Shown piece by piece: positions 12,132 through 25,006 of a stretch of 64,000 nucleotides of DNA. This stretch comes from Rhizophagus irregularis (lineage: Eukaryota), in the NCBI RefSeq assembly GCF_026210795.1, contig NC_089435.1, positions 3,410,001 to 3,474,000 on the forward strand, given 5' to 3'. Made by a program: the position numbers and the translations under genes. Under the pieces are notes generated by a model, which was given only the letters and a program-made list of their open reading frames with translations, did not search any database and was not told the origin of the DNA. Every line of letters begins with the position of its first letter. The stretch's first letter is position 1.

Positions 12132-13267
12132 TGCTTATTGTTTTACAGAGGAAATGTTTTAGTATAATATTTTAGTGTAAAAGAATGAAGTGCTATCAAA
12201 GAAAAAAACACGTTCTTTTATACATTTTTTTTGGAGTTATGATCGTATCTTTATTGAAATTCAATTAATATACCATCACACTTTTTCATTATATCAATAG
12301 ATTTCTTCATACTGTAGCTTATTAACTAAATCATTCTTTATTTTCTTTAAAAGTCTATTAAATTGTTAATTATCATTCGTAAAATAGAAAAATAAAATTG
12401 TGTAAAATTTCCGAGATTTTGATTATTTAAGCACGCAATCCCGAAATTTTATTTGTCCCACATCAGCAAGCGGGAAAATCACGTGATATGATATAATATG
12501 AGTGGACTCTTTTTTTATAAAACCTTAATTAAAATATAAAGTCAAATAAATCGAAAACGGCATTCAAAGCCTCATTTTGTGCTCTAAGTAAAGTTGCAGA
12601 GCAGGCCAAAATACACTTAGCAAATATGTTTAAAAGGTTGTGTATATATGGCGAAAAGCTTTATTTAGAAAAATTTTTTTGTGAAGTCACGTGATTTTTC
12701 GGCTTTAGACGTTAGACGACTTAGACGTCCTCTTCAAAAGTCAAATATTGAAGATCAATGACCATATATATATGTATGTATGTATTTGATAAACGAAGCA
12801 CTTTATTTATTTATATGAAGAAAAACATACAAATTATATAAAATACCTCCCTCATTACAATACATGTATGTTCTAATTAAATAAAATAAACAAAACTAAA
12901 AATAGAAATTCCTATAATAATAATAATCCTAATTTGGGAAAATTTTTTACGTAAAATCACGTGACTTAAACTAGGAATGACCATATTATATATTTTGATT
13001 TGCAAATTTTAATGTGGGACAACGTCTCGGTATTTACAAATTAAAAAATAAATTTCCGAAAATTTCTGAAATTGCATTTAATGCCGGTGGGACAAAATAA
13101 AGTATAGTTAGATTATACCAAAACATGTATACTTAGGTCAATATAGTTAAATCGTACTGAAACAGAAAGAGAAAAACTCCGAAACGATGGCTAGAATAGC
13201 AGAAAATAACCAATGTGATATAATCTAATTATACTTATAACCGTAACCTATCCATACCATATAACCT

Positions 13268-13332
13268 GGTTACGGTACATTTCACCAAAATCCATTTCAC
13301 GAAGCCATTTCGCCGAAGGGATGTTTCGTAGA
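13268..13332. mobile_element. TE terminus fragment (GGTTACGGTACATTTC...) truncating the kinase pseudogene
   Basis: CATTTC(A/G)C subrepeats; shares sequence with 1190-1260; the kinase-like frame switches abruptly into it. Confidence 0.45.
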
Positions 13333-14060
13333 AAAATCACCTTTTATTATAATATTATCAAATTGATTATATGGTATCCATTCAAATACTATATTATCAT
13401 AATTTTTAATTTGTAATTTCCTTTTTTTTTTAATGAAAACATCAATTTGTTCATTCTCACTGGTCCATTTTGTAAAATTTATTTTTAAATTATTTATTAA
13501 ACATGATTTACATATCATTGTAACTAAAATATAATGATTTGTATATGGATTTTGTGACATTCCATATATTTGCTCACCATATTGACCTTACAAAGAAAAA
13601 TAATAAATATTATTATATACAGTACATGTTTACATATTATTATATAAAAAAGTACTAAAATTATTTTATACCTTAAGTAAAAACTCGTTAATAACATCAT
13701 AATAATTTATTAAACAAACTTTCTTATCCAATTCTCTTATCCATTCCTTTTTACCAAGATCATCATAATATAATGGACCATCATTCCCAATTTCCCATAT
13801 GATAATTTTTTTAATTTCCATCCTGTAAAAGAAGTCAATCCGTTTTTTTTTTATTTCATCTTTTTTCCGTAAAAGGCTCATATTTCCGTAATTAATAACT
13901 TTATATCACGGAATTTTATATCGAATTATTTGCATTTTCCGTGAATGGATCCGTGAAAGGATCATTTTCACGGAGTTTTTACAGAAATAACGGATAAAAT
14001 TTTTTATAGGGCATTTCTTTTAATAACGTTAAATTTATTATATATTGTATCAATGATGAA
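13333..14060 (-). pseudogene. Fragments of the expanded Glomeromycotina protein-kinase family (N-terminal repeat region)
   Basis: NFTKWTSENEQIDVFI, IVFEWIPYNQFDNII, DGPLYY, NEFLLKV and SQNPYTNHYILV motifs. No catalytic core seen; interrupted by TEs. Confidence 0.7.
13822..14011. mobile_element. Short CACTA/CMC-like MITE of the same family as 21732-23450
   Basis: Right end AAAATTTTTTATAGGG is identical to the end at 23450; left end CCTGTAAAA is degenerate. Flanked by 3-bp CAT/CAT; CCGT/ACGG subterminal repeats. Confidence 0.65.
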
Positions 14061-17000
14061 TTTTAATTTTAATTGTTGTTCTTTAATAATATCATCAATT
14101 TCTTTATTTTTACTGAATTACTGGAAGTGACATTGGAAACATTGAAAAAAAAATTTTTTGAAAATAATATTATATTTAAAATTTTTTTTAACGATGAAAA
14201 ATACCAAATTTTGTAAAGAAACCAAAAATTTTTTAGCGTAACAATGAAATTGGATATTTGTAAATAGAATGTGGCGCAGTAAACACAGATGATTATAAAG
14301 TTACTAAAAATAATGGTATTAAGTATCAATCGTTAAATAAGGCATAAAAGACATAATTATTTCATATAATTGCTTTTTTCAAGAGGTCCCAAATAGAATC
14401 GTCAATTTTGAGGGTCATCAAGAGTCAAGACCATATAAACGATGTCCATTTTAAGTTTGAATCCTAAATAAAAACTTTATTATATGATTAAACGAGATTA
14501 ATTCAGTCATAAATTATTATTTAGTTATTTAGTTATAATGAATCCTAATTGTTATAATTTAATTAATTTATTCAAAAAACAATATTCTATTTATAAAGTA
14601 AATTTGAACGGAGATTATTCAAAAATTGAAGAGAATTTTTGACAAATTTATACTTCAATTTTAAATCGAAAGATCAACTGAAAAAAAAAATGATTGGAGA
14701 ATTTATAATTACAAGAAAGACTGGATGAAATTTGAAAGAAATATATATATATATATATATAATTTTTTTTTAAATATATAATATGCAAATAGTACCTATG
14801 AAGATTACTATAGAGTTACGTTTAATAGAGAATTTAATTTCAGTGAAATGCAAAAATCGATGAATAAATTTAATTAAATATATTTTTATAATAAATTTAT
14901 TGCAGTATTCCAATTATTTTTGACGAACAAAACAATGGAAAATAAAATAAAATAATTATACGATATATACACTATATCTGATATATCAATATGTAATAAT
15001 AAACATGAAAGAATGATTTTGAGATGTAATTTCCATTAATTTAGTTTCAAATAAAGAAAAAAAATATTTTTTTTTATTTATATTCATATTCCTTAGATTT
15101 TGATTTTATTATAAATGAGATTTTTTTTGATGAAAATTCCACCAAATCTTCGCTCAATTTCCATATTGTAATTAATAACATACATTTAAACATTTAATAA
15201 CATCACGTCAAAATAAATAATATACTTAAAAAAGATTTCCCTTTGTGTAAATTCATTGTAAATTAGAATTTTCTATTTTTATTTTGAACGAATTTTAAAA
15301 ATTTTGAATATAATATAATTTATTATAATGGAAATCCAAAAATAAATAAATCACTTGATTCATATATTATTACGTAAACGTCTAATACCTGATCTAAAGA
15401 ATGACAAGACGAAAAGAAAAAACTATTTTTTTTTTTTACATGTAACAGATCTATCCATTTTCTTCTGCGGTAAATTTTTAAAAATCATCTTCTCACTGGC
15501 TGTTAATTTGTATGGAAGATGCGAGACTTTCCTCATGTGGATTTTTTTACAATTTGTTCATTATTGTTCTTAGTATCATCTTGTATTGCATCTAGCTTAT
15601 ATATCGTAGTTTGAATGTTGTTGCAGCTAAAAAATTAAAAAAATATCGTAAGTATGGTTGGTACCGGTGGAAGAAAATAATCAACCACCACCATACTACA
15701 TAAAAAAAAGCTTCCGGAAAGGTTTGGATACCAAACAAATGAGCAAGGTACATAGACTAACCCTCATCCAGGAAAGCCAGTTTCTCCTTCCCTTCAGCTT
15801 TTTTTGTCTATAAGCCTGTTTTTTACACACGCACGCACAAAAACACACATACACAAACTGGGCTAAGCAGGGATCTTTAGCTTACCTTAATAAATAATAA
15901 ATAAATGGTTGATAGTGCTCCTCAAAACCTTCTTTACCTTGGGCTCTATCTTAAAGAGTCAGTTGACAACGGTACAGGAGCTTTTCTCTCTAACGATGCG
16001 TAAATCATTTACAACGCGTCATATACAAAGTCTCCTCTTAGACCTATTGATAACACACTTTATTGTAAATAAATGTGTGAAAATAAATAGATTTTTCTTT
16101 TTAAAGATGTAAAAAAAACAAATATTTTTAAAAAATACATAGAAGTATTTTTATCTTACTTTTTTATCAAGTCAACACAGTTCAGCCATGATCAAATTGA
16201 TCAAATTTCTGTCAACCTTTTATATAGACGTGATTATAAATAATAAACTATTAACCAGACGTGATTATTAATAAACTATTAGACGCGATTATTACATAAT
16301 GATATACAATTAGCTATAATAAACTACTACATAATAAAGTTAATAATATTACTTATATACTTATGTATAAAAAAAAAATAAAAGTGATACGATCAGCCAA
16401 TTAATTTATTAAATTAATAAAATAAATTATTATTCAACTATTCAACTATTAAGTTGACTTCCAAGTTATCTAATAATCCAAAACAAACTAGACTGAGGAA
16501 ATTGAAAAAGAAATTGTAGGTATTTAAGTGATGTTAATATTCTTAATGATAATAATTAATTTTGTAATAGGTAACAAATTAGACTTCTTTAAAATGTTCT
16601 TTTTTTATCATCAACCAGGCATACAGTATACTATATATGATAAAAATGGTTCTGAGGTGGCGTCAAGCATGAACAATCAAAAAACTGATATATCAACTTA
16701 ATTTTTGCGTTATTAGATAATGATTATTAGCCACTTAGGAAGAATTGATTATGTAAGTTATTGGTAATTTATAAAAACCTGTTTATCAAGAATATCCCTC
16801 ATTTATTTATATTTTTTTAAAAAATCAGGAGAAATAATTGGTGACTATAATCGTTAGATTGGCGATTAATAAATGATGAAAATAAATCACATTATTACTA
16901 AAAATATTGAATTGTATTCATAACTTAGTAGAAATTATTTTATAATTAATTTAATTTTTTTTTTTTTTTTACGAAGTCAAAATATTACTTTATTAGGAAA

Positions 17001-17364
17001 TAAGAAAAATTACAAAACAGGAAAAGATCTACATTATATATATCATTTATATACCGTCTGATCTTTTTCACATTGACTATCGAGACCTATTTCTATCTGC
17101 TTTGCTCAAAACTAAAAATAAATAATTAAAATATCACTAACTATATTAGAGTCAGTATAATCAATATTTAGCAAGTTCGGTATTTTAAGTTGATGAATCA
17201 TTAGCTCTTTTAAGACAAAGCCTCTTCTTTTGTCCTAATAGATAATGGTAGCATACGTAAGACAGGGTGAAATACTAAATATGGTACATTTTTTGTTACA
17301 TTTCTTATTAGTTGTTAAAAGACGATAGTTTTGATTTACACCTACAATAATAATTTATTATTTA

Positions 17365-17545
17365 TATTATCGCCATTTCAAAATGATGTACGCAGTTAAA
17401 TTTGAATAAAAAAAAAGAAAACTGAAAACCGGACGAAAACCGGACGAAATATGGACAAAAAATGGATGAAAACTGGGCGAGTATTGGTATTCGAATATAT
17501 AATCACAAATAAACTGCGTACACCATTTTGAAAATGGCGATAATA
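17365..17545. mobile_element. MITE (copy 1), present in both duplication units
   Basis: ~33-bp inverted ends TATTATCGCCATTTCAAAATGATGTACGCAGTT / AACTGCGTACACCATTTTGAAAATGGCGATAATA. Confidence 0.75.
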
Positions 17546-17774
17546 TTGAGAATATTCGGTAAAAAAATTCATTGATTAATCGCGAATAAATTTAAATTAT
17601 TTTACTTTGTAATTTAGCTTTAATTTAATACTTCAGTAGTTGTTTCATGAATTTGTTAGAGAAAATTCATTTTTATTAACTTTTATGTTATTTATTAAAA
17701 ATAATTGTAAACTTTCTATTATAATTGTATAAAAAAAAAATTTAGTTTAAAATCCATTTTTAAATTTTATAATA

Positions 17775-19385
17775 TTAGACGATGTGTGAATGCTTTGCCA
17801 TACTACTTGATTCTCTTTTTACTAATTTTCTGTCAAATTTAAATTCCGGAGGAGGTGCCATACTACTTGATTCTCTTATTACTAATTTTCTGCCAGATTC
17901 AAATTCCGGAGGAGGTGGTTCATATTGTACTATTTAAAGAGTTAATTAATTATTAGTATTGAGGAAAAAAAAATGAATAATTAGAATGAAGAATAAAAAT
18001 TACATACTGTAGAATTTCATAAATTTACCAAAATTTTTATGGCATCTAATAGTGTTCCATGTTGATAATGCCAAAACGATCCAACATAGACATGCTATTA
18101 CATATAAATATATTTTTTAAAAAAAGAATCATTAGTATAATTTTTATAGGCTAATTTAAAAACAATATAAAATTATGCGAAATTATTATTACCATATAAT
18201 AAAAATGCACACATAGGCATATTATACTGAAAGCATTGTAACGGATATTTTGCTTTTACCGATTTATTATATCGTTCACAGAAACTAGCCATATCAAAAT
18301 ATAATAATAAGGCTTGAATAAAATTTCCTATATATACGATAAACATTAAATAATGTTTTTCATCCCTCACCTAAATATGTTGATGTAAATTGTTTTAGTA
18401 TAATAACATTATATTAAAGAACAAAAAAATAATGTACTTACACCTTTGAGTATAAAATATGAATAATAAAGGAATATTATGTTTAACGGCACTTGAAAAT
18501 TTATAAATAGGTCTCGAAGTCTAATTTGTCTTTTTGTTAGTGCTAACAGGTTCATACTATTTATTCCTACTAAATAAGCAACTAACAATAGCCCTATCAT
18601 CATTATCTGAGCATGAAACAATGGAAATTGGACCTCATATATTGCATGCATTTCTAAGTCAAAAAAAGAAAAAGAAAAATTTAGGAACTAAATAAATATA
18701 TATACGCTGAAGGATTCAAATAAATGGATTATTTACCTTTAATCTCATCATGCCTAGAATATTTGAATTCATATACTAGAGGCCATATTCTAAGATAAAA
18801 AAAAAATGAAATAAATAAATTTAATATTTTTTATTTTTTTTGGTTACAAATTAAAAGATATTATCACTTACCCTTTTTTCCATATTAAGTACACATATAA
18901 TGTATATAGTAATTGAAATAAAATTGAAATCGCAATTAAAAAAGATGAACCTATTATATAAAACTTTTGATTTGCAAAACATGACACAGTATGGTCTCTA
19001 CAATGAAAATATTGAGTATAAAAACTAGCTATCCCTCCAACAACAGGAAATATATGTACACCAAGGAATGCTAATCCATGATAAACGGTTTTACCATAGA
19101 ACTACAAATAATAAAATAAATTAATAGCTAGTATTAAATACATTAAACGATCTTCAGCATAAATCATTATATTACCATAATCATCCCTGATATTATAGGA
19201 AAAAATATTAATGGAATAAGTATAAAATACTTGTCGAATTCTCCTGTTAAGAATAAAGTGCCAACGAACAGAAAACTATATATGAACATATCTATAATAT
19301 ATGTGTACAAGAAAACCTTTTCTATACGCTTTAACCCTTTATAAAATTTACGAAGTATTCTATAAAGAACAACTAGTGAATTCAT
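17775..19385 (-). CDS. Multi-exon multi-pass membrane protein, paralogue 1 (possibly divergent UPF0658-like)
   Basis: About 7 exons of hydrophobic helices. Motifs GVRDE...M and IRCHKNFGK resemble, from memory, the fungal UPF0658 Golgi membrane family. Last exon ends ...SSSMAKHSHIV* and contains a 60-bp tandem repeat. Confidence 0.75.
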
Positions 19386-20179
19386 TTTTGGGATAAGTTA
19401 AATCCAAGAGACCAGCTGATGGATAAAAGAAAAGGAAGATAACAAGGAGATGAAAATTATTAAGATAACAAATAGATGAAATTTTAAAATAACGAGGAGA
19501 TAAAATTATTAAGATAATGAAGATATTAAGACAACGAAAAGATGAAAATTATTATAGAAAAACTGAAAGGAGATATTTATGAAGTGCCTTTTTTATCATG
19601 TCAATAATTATTGCGAGCAGCTTATTTATATTTTTAAATACAAAGGAATATATTCCCTTGTTCATGGTGAAAGTGAGATTGAAACGTTAGATATTTATAT
19701 TTACAAAGAATCTTTGTCGTTTCTAAACCATGATGATCATGTAAATTAAAAAATCACAAACCCAAAAAACGTTTTATTAATTTAATTTCTTTATTTTATG
19801 AAAAAAATAGTTTCTAATATCAAGTATGTAATAAAAATAATAAAAATAGCAATATTTCGATAACATTATAACGCTATAGCACGAAAACAGAGATTTTGGA
19901 TCATCCAGCAAATTTCAAGAAAAGAATGTCTTTATGATAGAGTCCAGACATTTTTTTTTGTTAATTGTAAAAAAAAAAATTTTTTTTCGTTGAATTCTCC
20001 GGAAACTTGTAAAAATTTTCATTTTCTTCTGCTACTAAAAAAAACAACAATTTATGAATTATACGCATAATTTAAACTTTATTAAAAATATAACCGCAGT
20101 CAAAAGTATATAATGTTTGTCACACTATTAATACATGAAACATATACAAAGAATTTTTTTTTCTCACTGGTCTAAAACT

Positions 20180-20563
20180 ATGGAAAGCCGTCCTTGACAA
20201 AAGGTTGATATCCAGACATCATGTTGGATAATGTCTAGACATCATGTTTGATATATGTAGAATAATGTTTGTACATCATTCAACATGATGCTCAAGCATC
20301 AACCGACATGATGTCTTAGACATCATGTTACCAAATATAGTAAATTTTATTTTGTGTAACTCATAAATATACTATATTTGGTAATTTGATCAGCATGATG
20401 TCTAGACATCATGTCGGTTGATGTCTTTCACATCATGTTAAATAATGTACAAACATCATCCTACATATATCAAACATGATGTCTAGACATACCATCATGA
20501 TGTCTAAACATTATATTTCATGATGTTTGGACATCAACCTTTTGTCAAGGACGGCTTTCCATA
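20180..20563. mobile_element. Foldback-type MITE (nearly fully palindromic)
   Basis: TIR ATGGAAAGCCGTCCTTGACAAAAGGTTGAT...; internal ACATCATG/CATGATGT arrays. TAAAACT is duplicated on both sides; the empty site at ~27428 has one copy. Confidence 0.92.
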
Positions 20564-21731
20564 TAAAACTGGAAACAATGATGAAAATCTATGAAATTGC
20601 CTATTTTGTCAACTTAATGCTATTAAACGCATATCACACATTTTCCCGTTTCAACATACAACACTTGGATAAATTTGTCACATGTTTTGAAAATGTGAAA
20701 GGATTTCATTTCTTTAAAAGAGATTAAAGAAAATTAAAACGTTATGACAGTAAAATTTGTGTTGACTCCTGTTTCTTGTCCATATCAATGTGGCACATAC
20801 ATAAGCCTTTGTACATTGTAAGGACTAACATTATAATTAGTTTAGTGGCGCAGTTTAATATTTATTTTTAGTATATAATTTATTTTTAGTTTTATAGTTA
20901 GATAGTTTAGGTCAGAATGAGTCCTAAACTAATGGTGAATATATGATAAAAAGGTTGGATATTATAAATTGGGATATGAAAGTTGGACATTAAAAGATAG
21001 GATTTGGCGTATTATTATAAAAAAGAGAGAACTCGGGGATTATATTTTACAAAGAAATTAAACTTGTAGGCGACCTGGTTGGCAAAGGAATATAATTCCT
21101 TGCAAGTAATGGGGTTGACCGACAACATCAAAATTTACTTTTTAGCGTACTACGTAAATGCACTATACGATAATTCAAAGATTTTCCTGCGCTATCACAA
21201 AAGTTTTATAACGCTTTTTTATTTTATTATTACAAATAATCATTTTTAATTGAAATTTTGTAACACATAATCAACTAATATCAACCAATCATGGCGAATT
21301 TAACCATGTCCTCAATAACAAAAAAGTCATAGGATAAAAGTGAATAGTAAATAATCAAATTTATATAAGATACGGAAATAATGAAATAAAAGATATAAAA
21401 TATTAATAGTGACTCGAATTATTAAGTAATTTGATAATTATAATAACACAAGTAAACTAATTAATTAAATTTGATATTAAAAATAAATAGATTTAAAAGT
21501 TGTAGACTATAGACATACTGATAAAATAATTATTTAACTAGTATACATTAGAATGAAGATGTTTACATAGTTTACAAAATGTTATTAATTTATTACATGA
21601 CTGTACAGTACATTAATCAATAATGGCCTTTGGCTTTTCAGTGACTTCATCAGTTGCGATATTATGGTAACTTCGGTTTGATTCATTTTGTTAGAAACTT
21701 TTAATTTTAAAAGTTTGAATCATGTGAAAAA

Positions 21732-23450
21732 CCCTATAAAAAATGACACTCCAGAATTTTTCCGTTATAACTCCGTGATTTTGTTTGGGTTCCGTAAATA
21801 ATCAGTGAATTTTTTCGGAATAGTAACTGGTTGAATAGCAATCCGGATTCTTTCAGTAATTTCAGCAATATAATAAATACGGAATTAAAATGGACTATCA
21901 GATTTCTAAAATTAACTGATAATTTGCTGATAATTAACCATGATAATAAATGGAACAAAACCGGAAAAAATAATATGAATAGATCAAAAATATAGTAGCA
22001 AATAAAAAATTCACTAGGGATAACAGTCAGTGACGCCTGGGGAACTGGGGTCCCAGTTTTTTTGTGTTTTTTTATATGCCTTACACGAAATTGTTTAACC
22101 ATATTAAAAATTATTAATATTAAAAATAATCAGAGTTTTTAAATTTTTATATTAAATACTAATTTCATATAACTGATAAATTCCATATATTTAAAAAAAT
22201 ATATTATTAAAAAAAATTAATGCTTATACAATATTTATTATTATAAATATTAAGTTTCGCGTATCAATTATTAAACTTTCATATACTTTTATATTATAAA
22301 TATTAAACTATTTATACTTTCAAATTTATAAGACGCGTATCAATTATCATATACTTTTCAAAAGTTTATAAATATATAAACTTTGTTTATTTATTATAAA
22401 TACAACTCAAACTTTTATCTAATAAAACACTCAACTCTTCTTTTCTTTGATAATAAATATTTTAAAATTTCTTTTAAAAGATGTCACAAAGTACTAATCA
22501 TGCTATTAATATTTGTGAACTTAGTTTATATGAACAGTGCAAACAACTATTTCTTGCATTATTAGATGATCTATCTCTCATTAATGTTTTGCATTCTGAA
22601 AACGTCATAAATTATATACAGAGCTAATAACCATTGATCCTTCGCTTGCAGGATCATCTCTAGATGCACGTAGTGCTGTGCGTGACGCTACTAATGATGA
22701 ACGTGCAAGCTTCTGGAAGTACTTCAAGTATTATTTTTATAATTATTCCATAGTAATTAATATTAACATTTTAAATAATATAAAGTATAAACACTATTAT
22801 TTTTTACTGTTCAAAAGCAACTATTTTACCAACTTCCATTTCCAAAGCTAATGTGCCAGGTACTGAGGGTCTACCATCTCCTACTCCAGGCGTCTCCATG
22901 TTACTACGCCTGTTATGGATAAAATTGCAGAAACTTCTAATAAGGCAGGAGTTTTATTTTTTTCAAATAAATATAATTATATTTATTACACTTTCCAATT
23001 TTATAGGTAAAAAAGGAAAAAGAAATCTTCTTCACAAATCCAAGCAAAAACTCCAAAAACTGCACAAATAACAAGACCTGTTAGCAAGAAAACTAATTAG
23101 TAAAGTAGAAATTATCCATTTATATCTCAGTTTTTTATCCAAAATTTATTCATTTTATAAAATAAATCATTCTATGAATTTATCAGTTTTTTATTAATTT
23201 ATTTTCAGTTTTATGCAATAAATTATTCTATGAATTTATCTATGAATTAATCAGTTTTTTATTAGTTTATTATCAGTGTTATTATTCAATAAATTTTCCG
23301 TTTTTTACAGATAATTTCAGTAAAATTTCCATATAAATTCCGCAAATAATCAAATATGAGACCTTTGCTGAATAAACACGGAATTGTCTATTTAATAATA
23401 TAAACGGAATAAAAACGGAATCAAAAAACGGATCAAAATTTTTTATAGGG
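21732..23450. mobile_element. Non-autonomous CACTA/CMC-like DNA transposon (1719 bp)
   Basis: 13-bp perfect TIR CCCTATAAAAAAT; subterminal ACGGAA/TTCCGT repeats. 3-bp AAA TSD deduced from the empty site ATGTGAAAAACTATC at 28571-28585. Confidence 0.88.
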
Positions 23451-23794
23451 AAACTATCAAAGTTTTTTTCTTTTTTCTTTTTTCTATTCTTTTTTTTTAT
23501 TTTTCGCTTATTTATATCTTTTTCATAGATTTCAAAGGATTTAATATTGTGTGCATTACGCATGTCTCCGTGTTTGGAAATATTAATACATCAAATTTTT
23601 AATTTCAGTAATCTATTGCGTTTATTATAGATAATGATTATTAACCATTTAGGAAGAATTGATTATGTAAGTTATTGGTAATTTATAAAAACCTGTTTTT
23701 TATCAAGCATTTAGATTTAAGCCTACTATTTATATTTTTTAAAAAAATCAGGAGAAATAATTGGTGGCTATAATCGTTAGATTGGCGATAATTA

Positions 23795-24580
23795 ATTTTT
23801 TTTTTTTTTTTTTTTTTACGAAGTAAATATTACTTTATTAGGAAATAAGAAAAATTACAAAACAGGAAAAGATCTACATTATTTAACATTCAATATAGAA
23901 CACGATCAAAATATACCATCTGGCACGGATAACTGTGCTTCAGGTTTTTCGTTTCCTAGTTTTTAATAATATTTTTTTTATTTTTTTCCTAATTTATTTT
24001 CTTCCTATTTTTTTGTTCTTCCACCTTTAAATATATTTTTTTACTTAACAGAGATTCCTAACGATCATATTAGTAGACGGCTCTAAGTACCAACATGATT
24101 GTCGGGAAGTTCTGTTGTTTTTCCTCTTCATGAAGGCATAATCCACACCTCGTTCGATTTATCATATAGCCTCTCGGAAATTATTTCTTTCCTAAATGTA
24201 TTGTCAAAATTTATCTGCACTATACTGTATCTCCACGTTCACTGAGACATCCAAATACTTGTTGTATCATTTTTTCTTTTTCTTTTTCACATTGACTGTC
24301 TAGACCTATTTCTACCTGCTTTGCTCAAGGCTAAAAATAAATAATTAAAATATCACTAACTATATTAGAGTTAGTATAATTAATATTTAGCAACTGAAGT
24401 TCGGTATTTTAAGTTGATGAATCATTAGCTCTTTTAAGACAAAACTTCTTTTATCCTAATAGATAATGGTAGCATGCTTAAGAGTTAAGATAGGGTGAAA
24501 TACTGAAATATGGTACATTTTTTGTTACATTTCTTATTAGTTGTTAAAAGACGGTAGTTTTGATCATCTACAATAATTTA
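23795..24580 (-). mobile_element. Decayed retroposed/LINE-like 3' end (shorter sister copy at ~16955-17360)
   Basis: Minus strand has AATAAA ~20 nt before a long poly(A), plus a decayed FRKEII-like segment. Copy 1 lacks ~360 bp of it. Confidence 0.35.
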
Positions 24581-24587
24581 TTATTTA

Positions 24588-24766
24588 TATTATCACCATT
24601 TTCAAAATGATGTACGCAGTTAAATTTGAATAAAAAAAAAGAAACCCAAAAACTGGACGAAAAACGGACAAATAGACAAAAAATGGATAAAAACTGGGCG
24701 AGTATTGGTATTCGAATATACAATCATAAATAAACTGCATACACCATTTTGAAAACGGCGGTAATA
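24588..24766. mobile_element. MITE (copy 2)
   Basis: Paralogue of 17365-17545 with the same inverted ends. Confidence 0.75.
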
Positions 24767-25006
24767 TTGAGAATATTCGGTAGAAAAATTCATTGATTAA
24801 TCACGAATAAATTTAAATTATTTTACTTTGTAATTTAGCTTTAACTTAATACTTCAGTAGTTGTTTCATGAATTTGTTAGAGAAAATTCATTTTTATTAA
24901 ACTTTCATGTTATTTATTAAATATAATTGTAAACTTTCTATTATAATTGTACATTTTTTCTAATAAAAAATTTAGCTTTTAAAATTCATTTTTAAATTTT
25001 ATAATA

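Larger units (their letters stand above)
16705..23594 (+). repeat. Tandem segmental duplication, copy 1
   Basis: Colinear, highly similar sequence to 23616-28758, from TTGCGT..AGATAATGATTATT to GTGTTTGGAAATATTAATAC. Carries two extra TE insertions. Confidence 0.95.

Noticed and set aside
20527..20727. ORF shared with 27361-27594
   Set aside because: The similarity reflects the segmental duplication; the start lies within the MITE and there is no coding signature.
22015..22026. TAGGGATAACAG, part of an I-SceI site
   Set aside because: Only 12 of 18 bp match and there is no homing-endonuclease context; likely chance.
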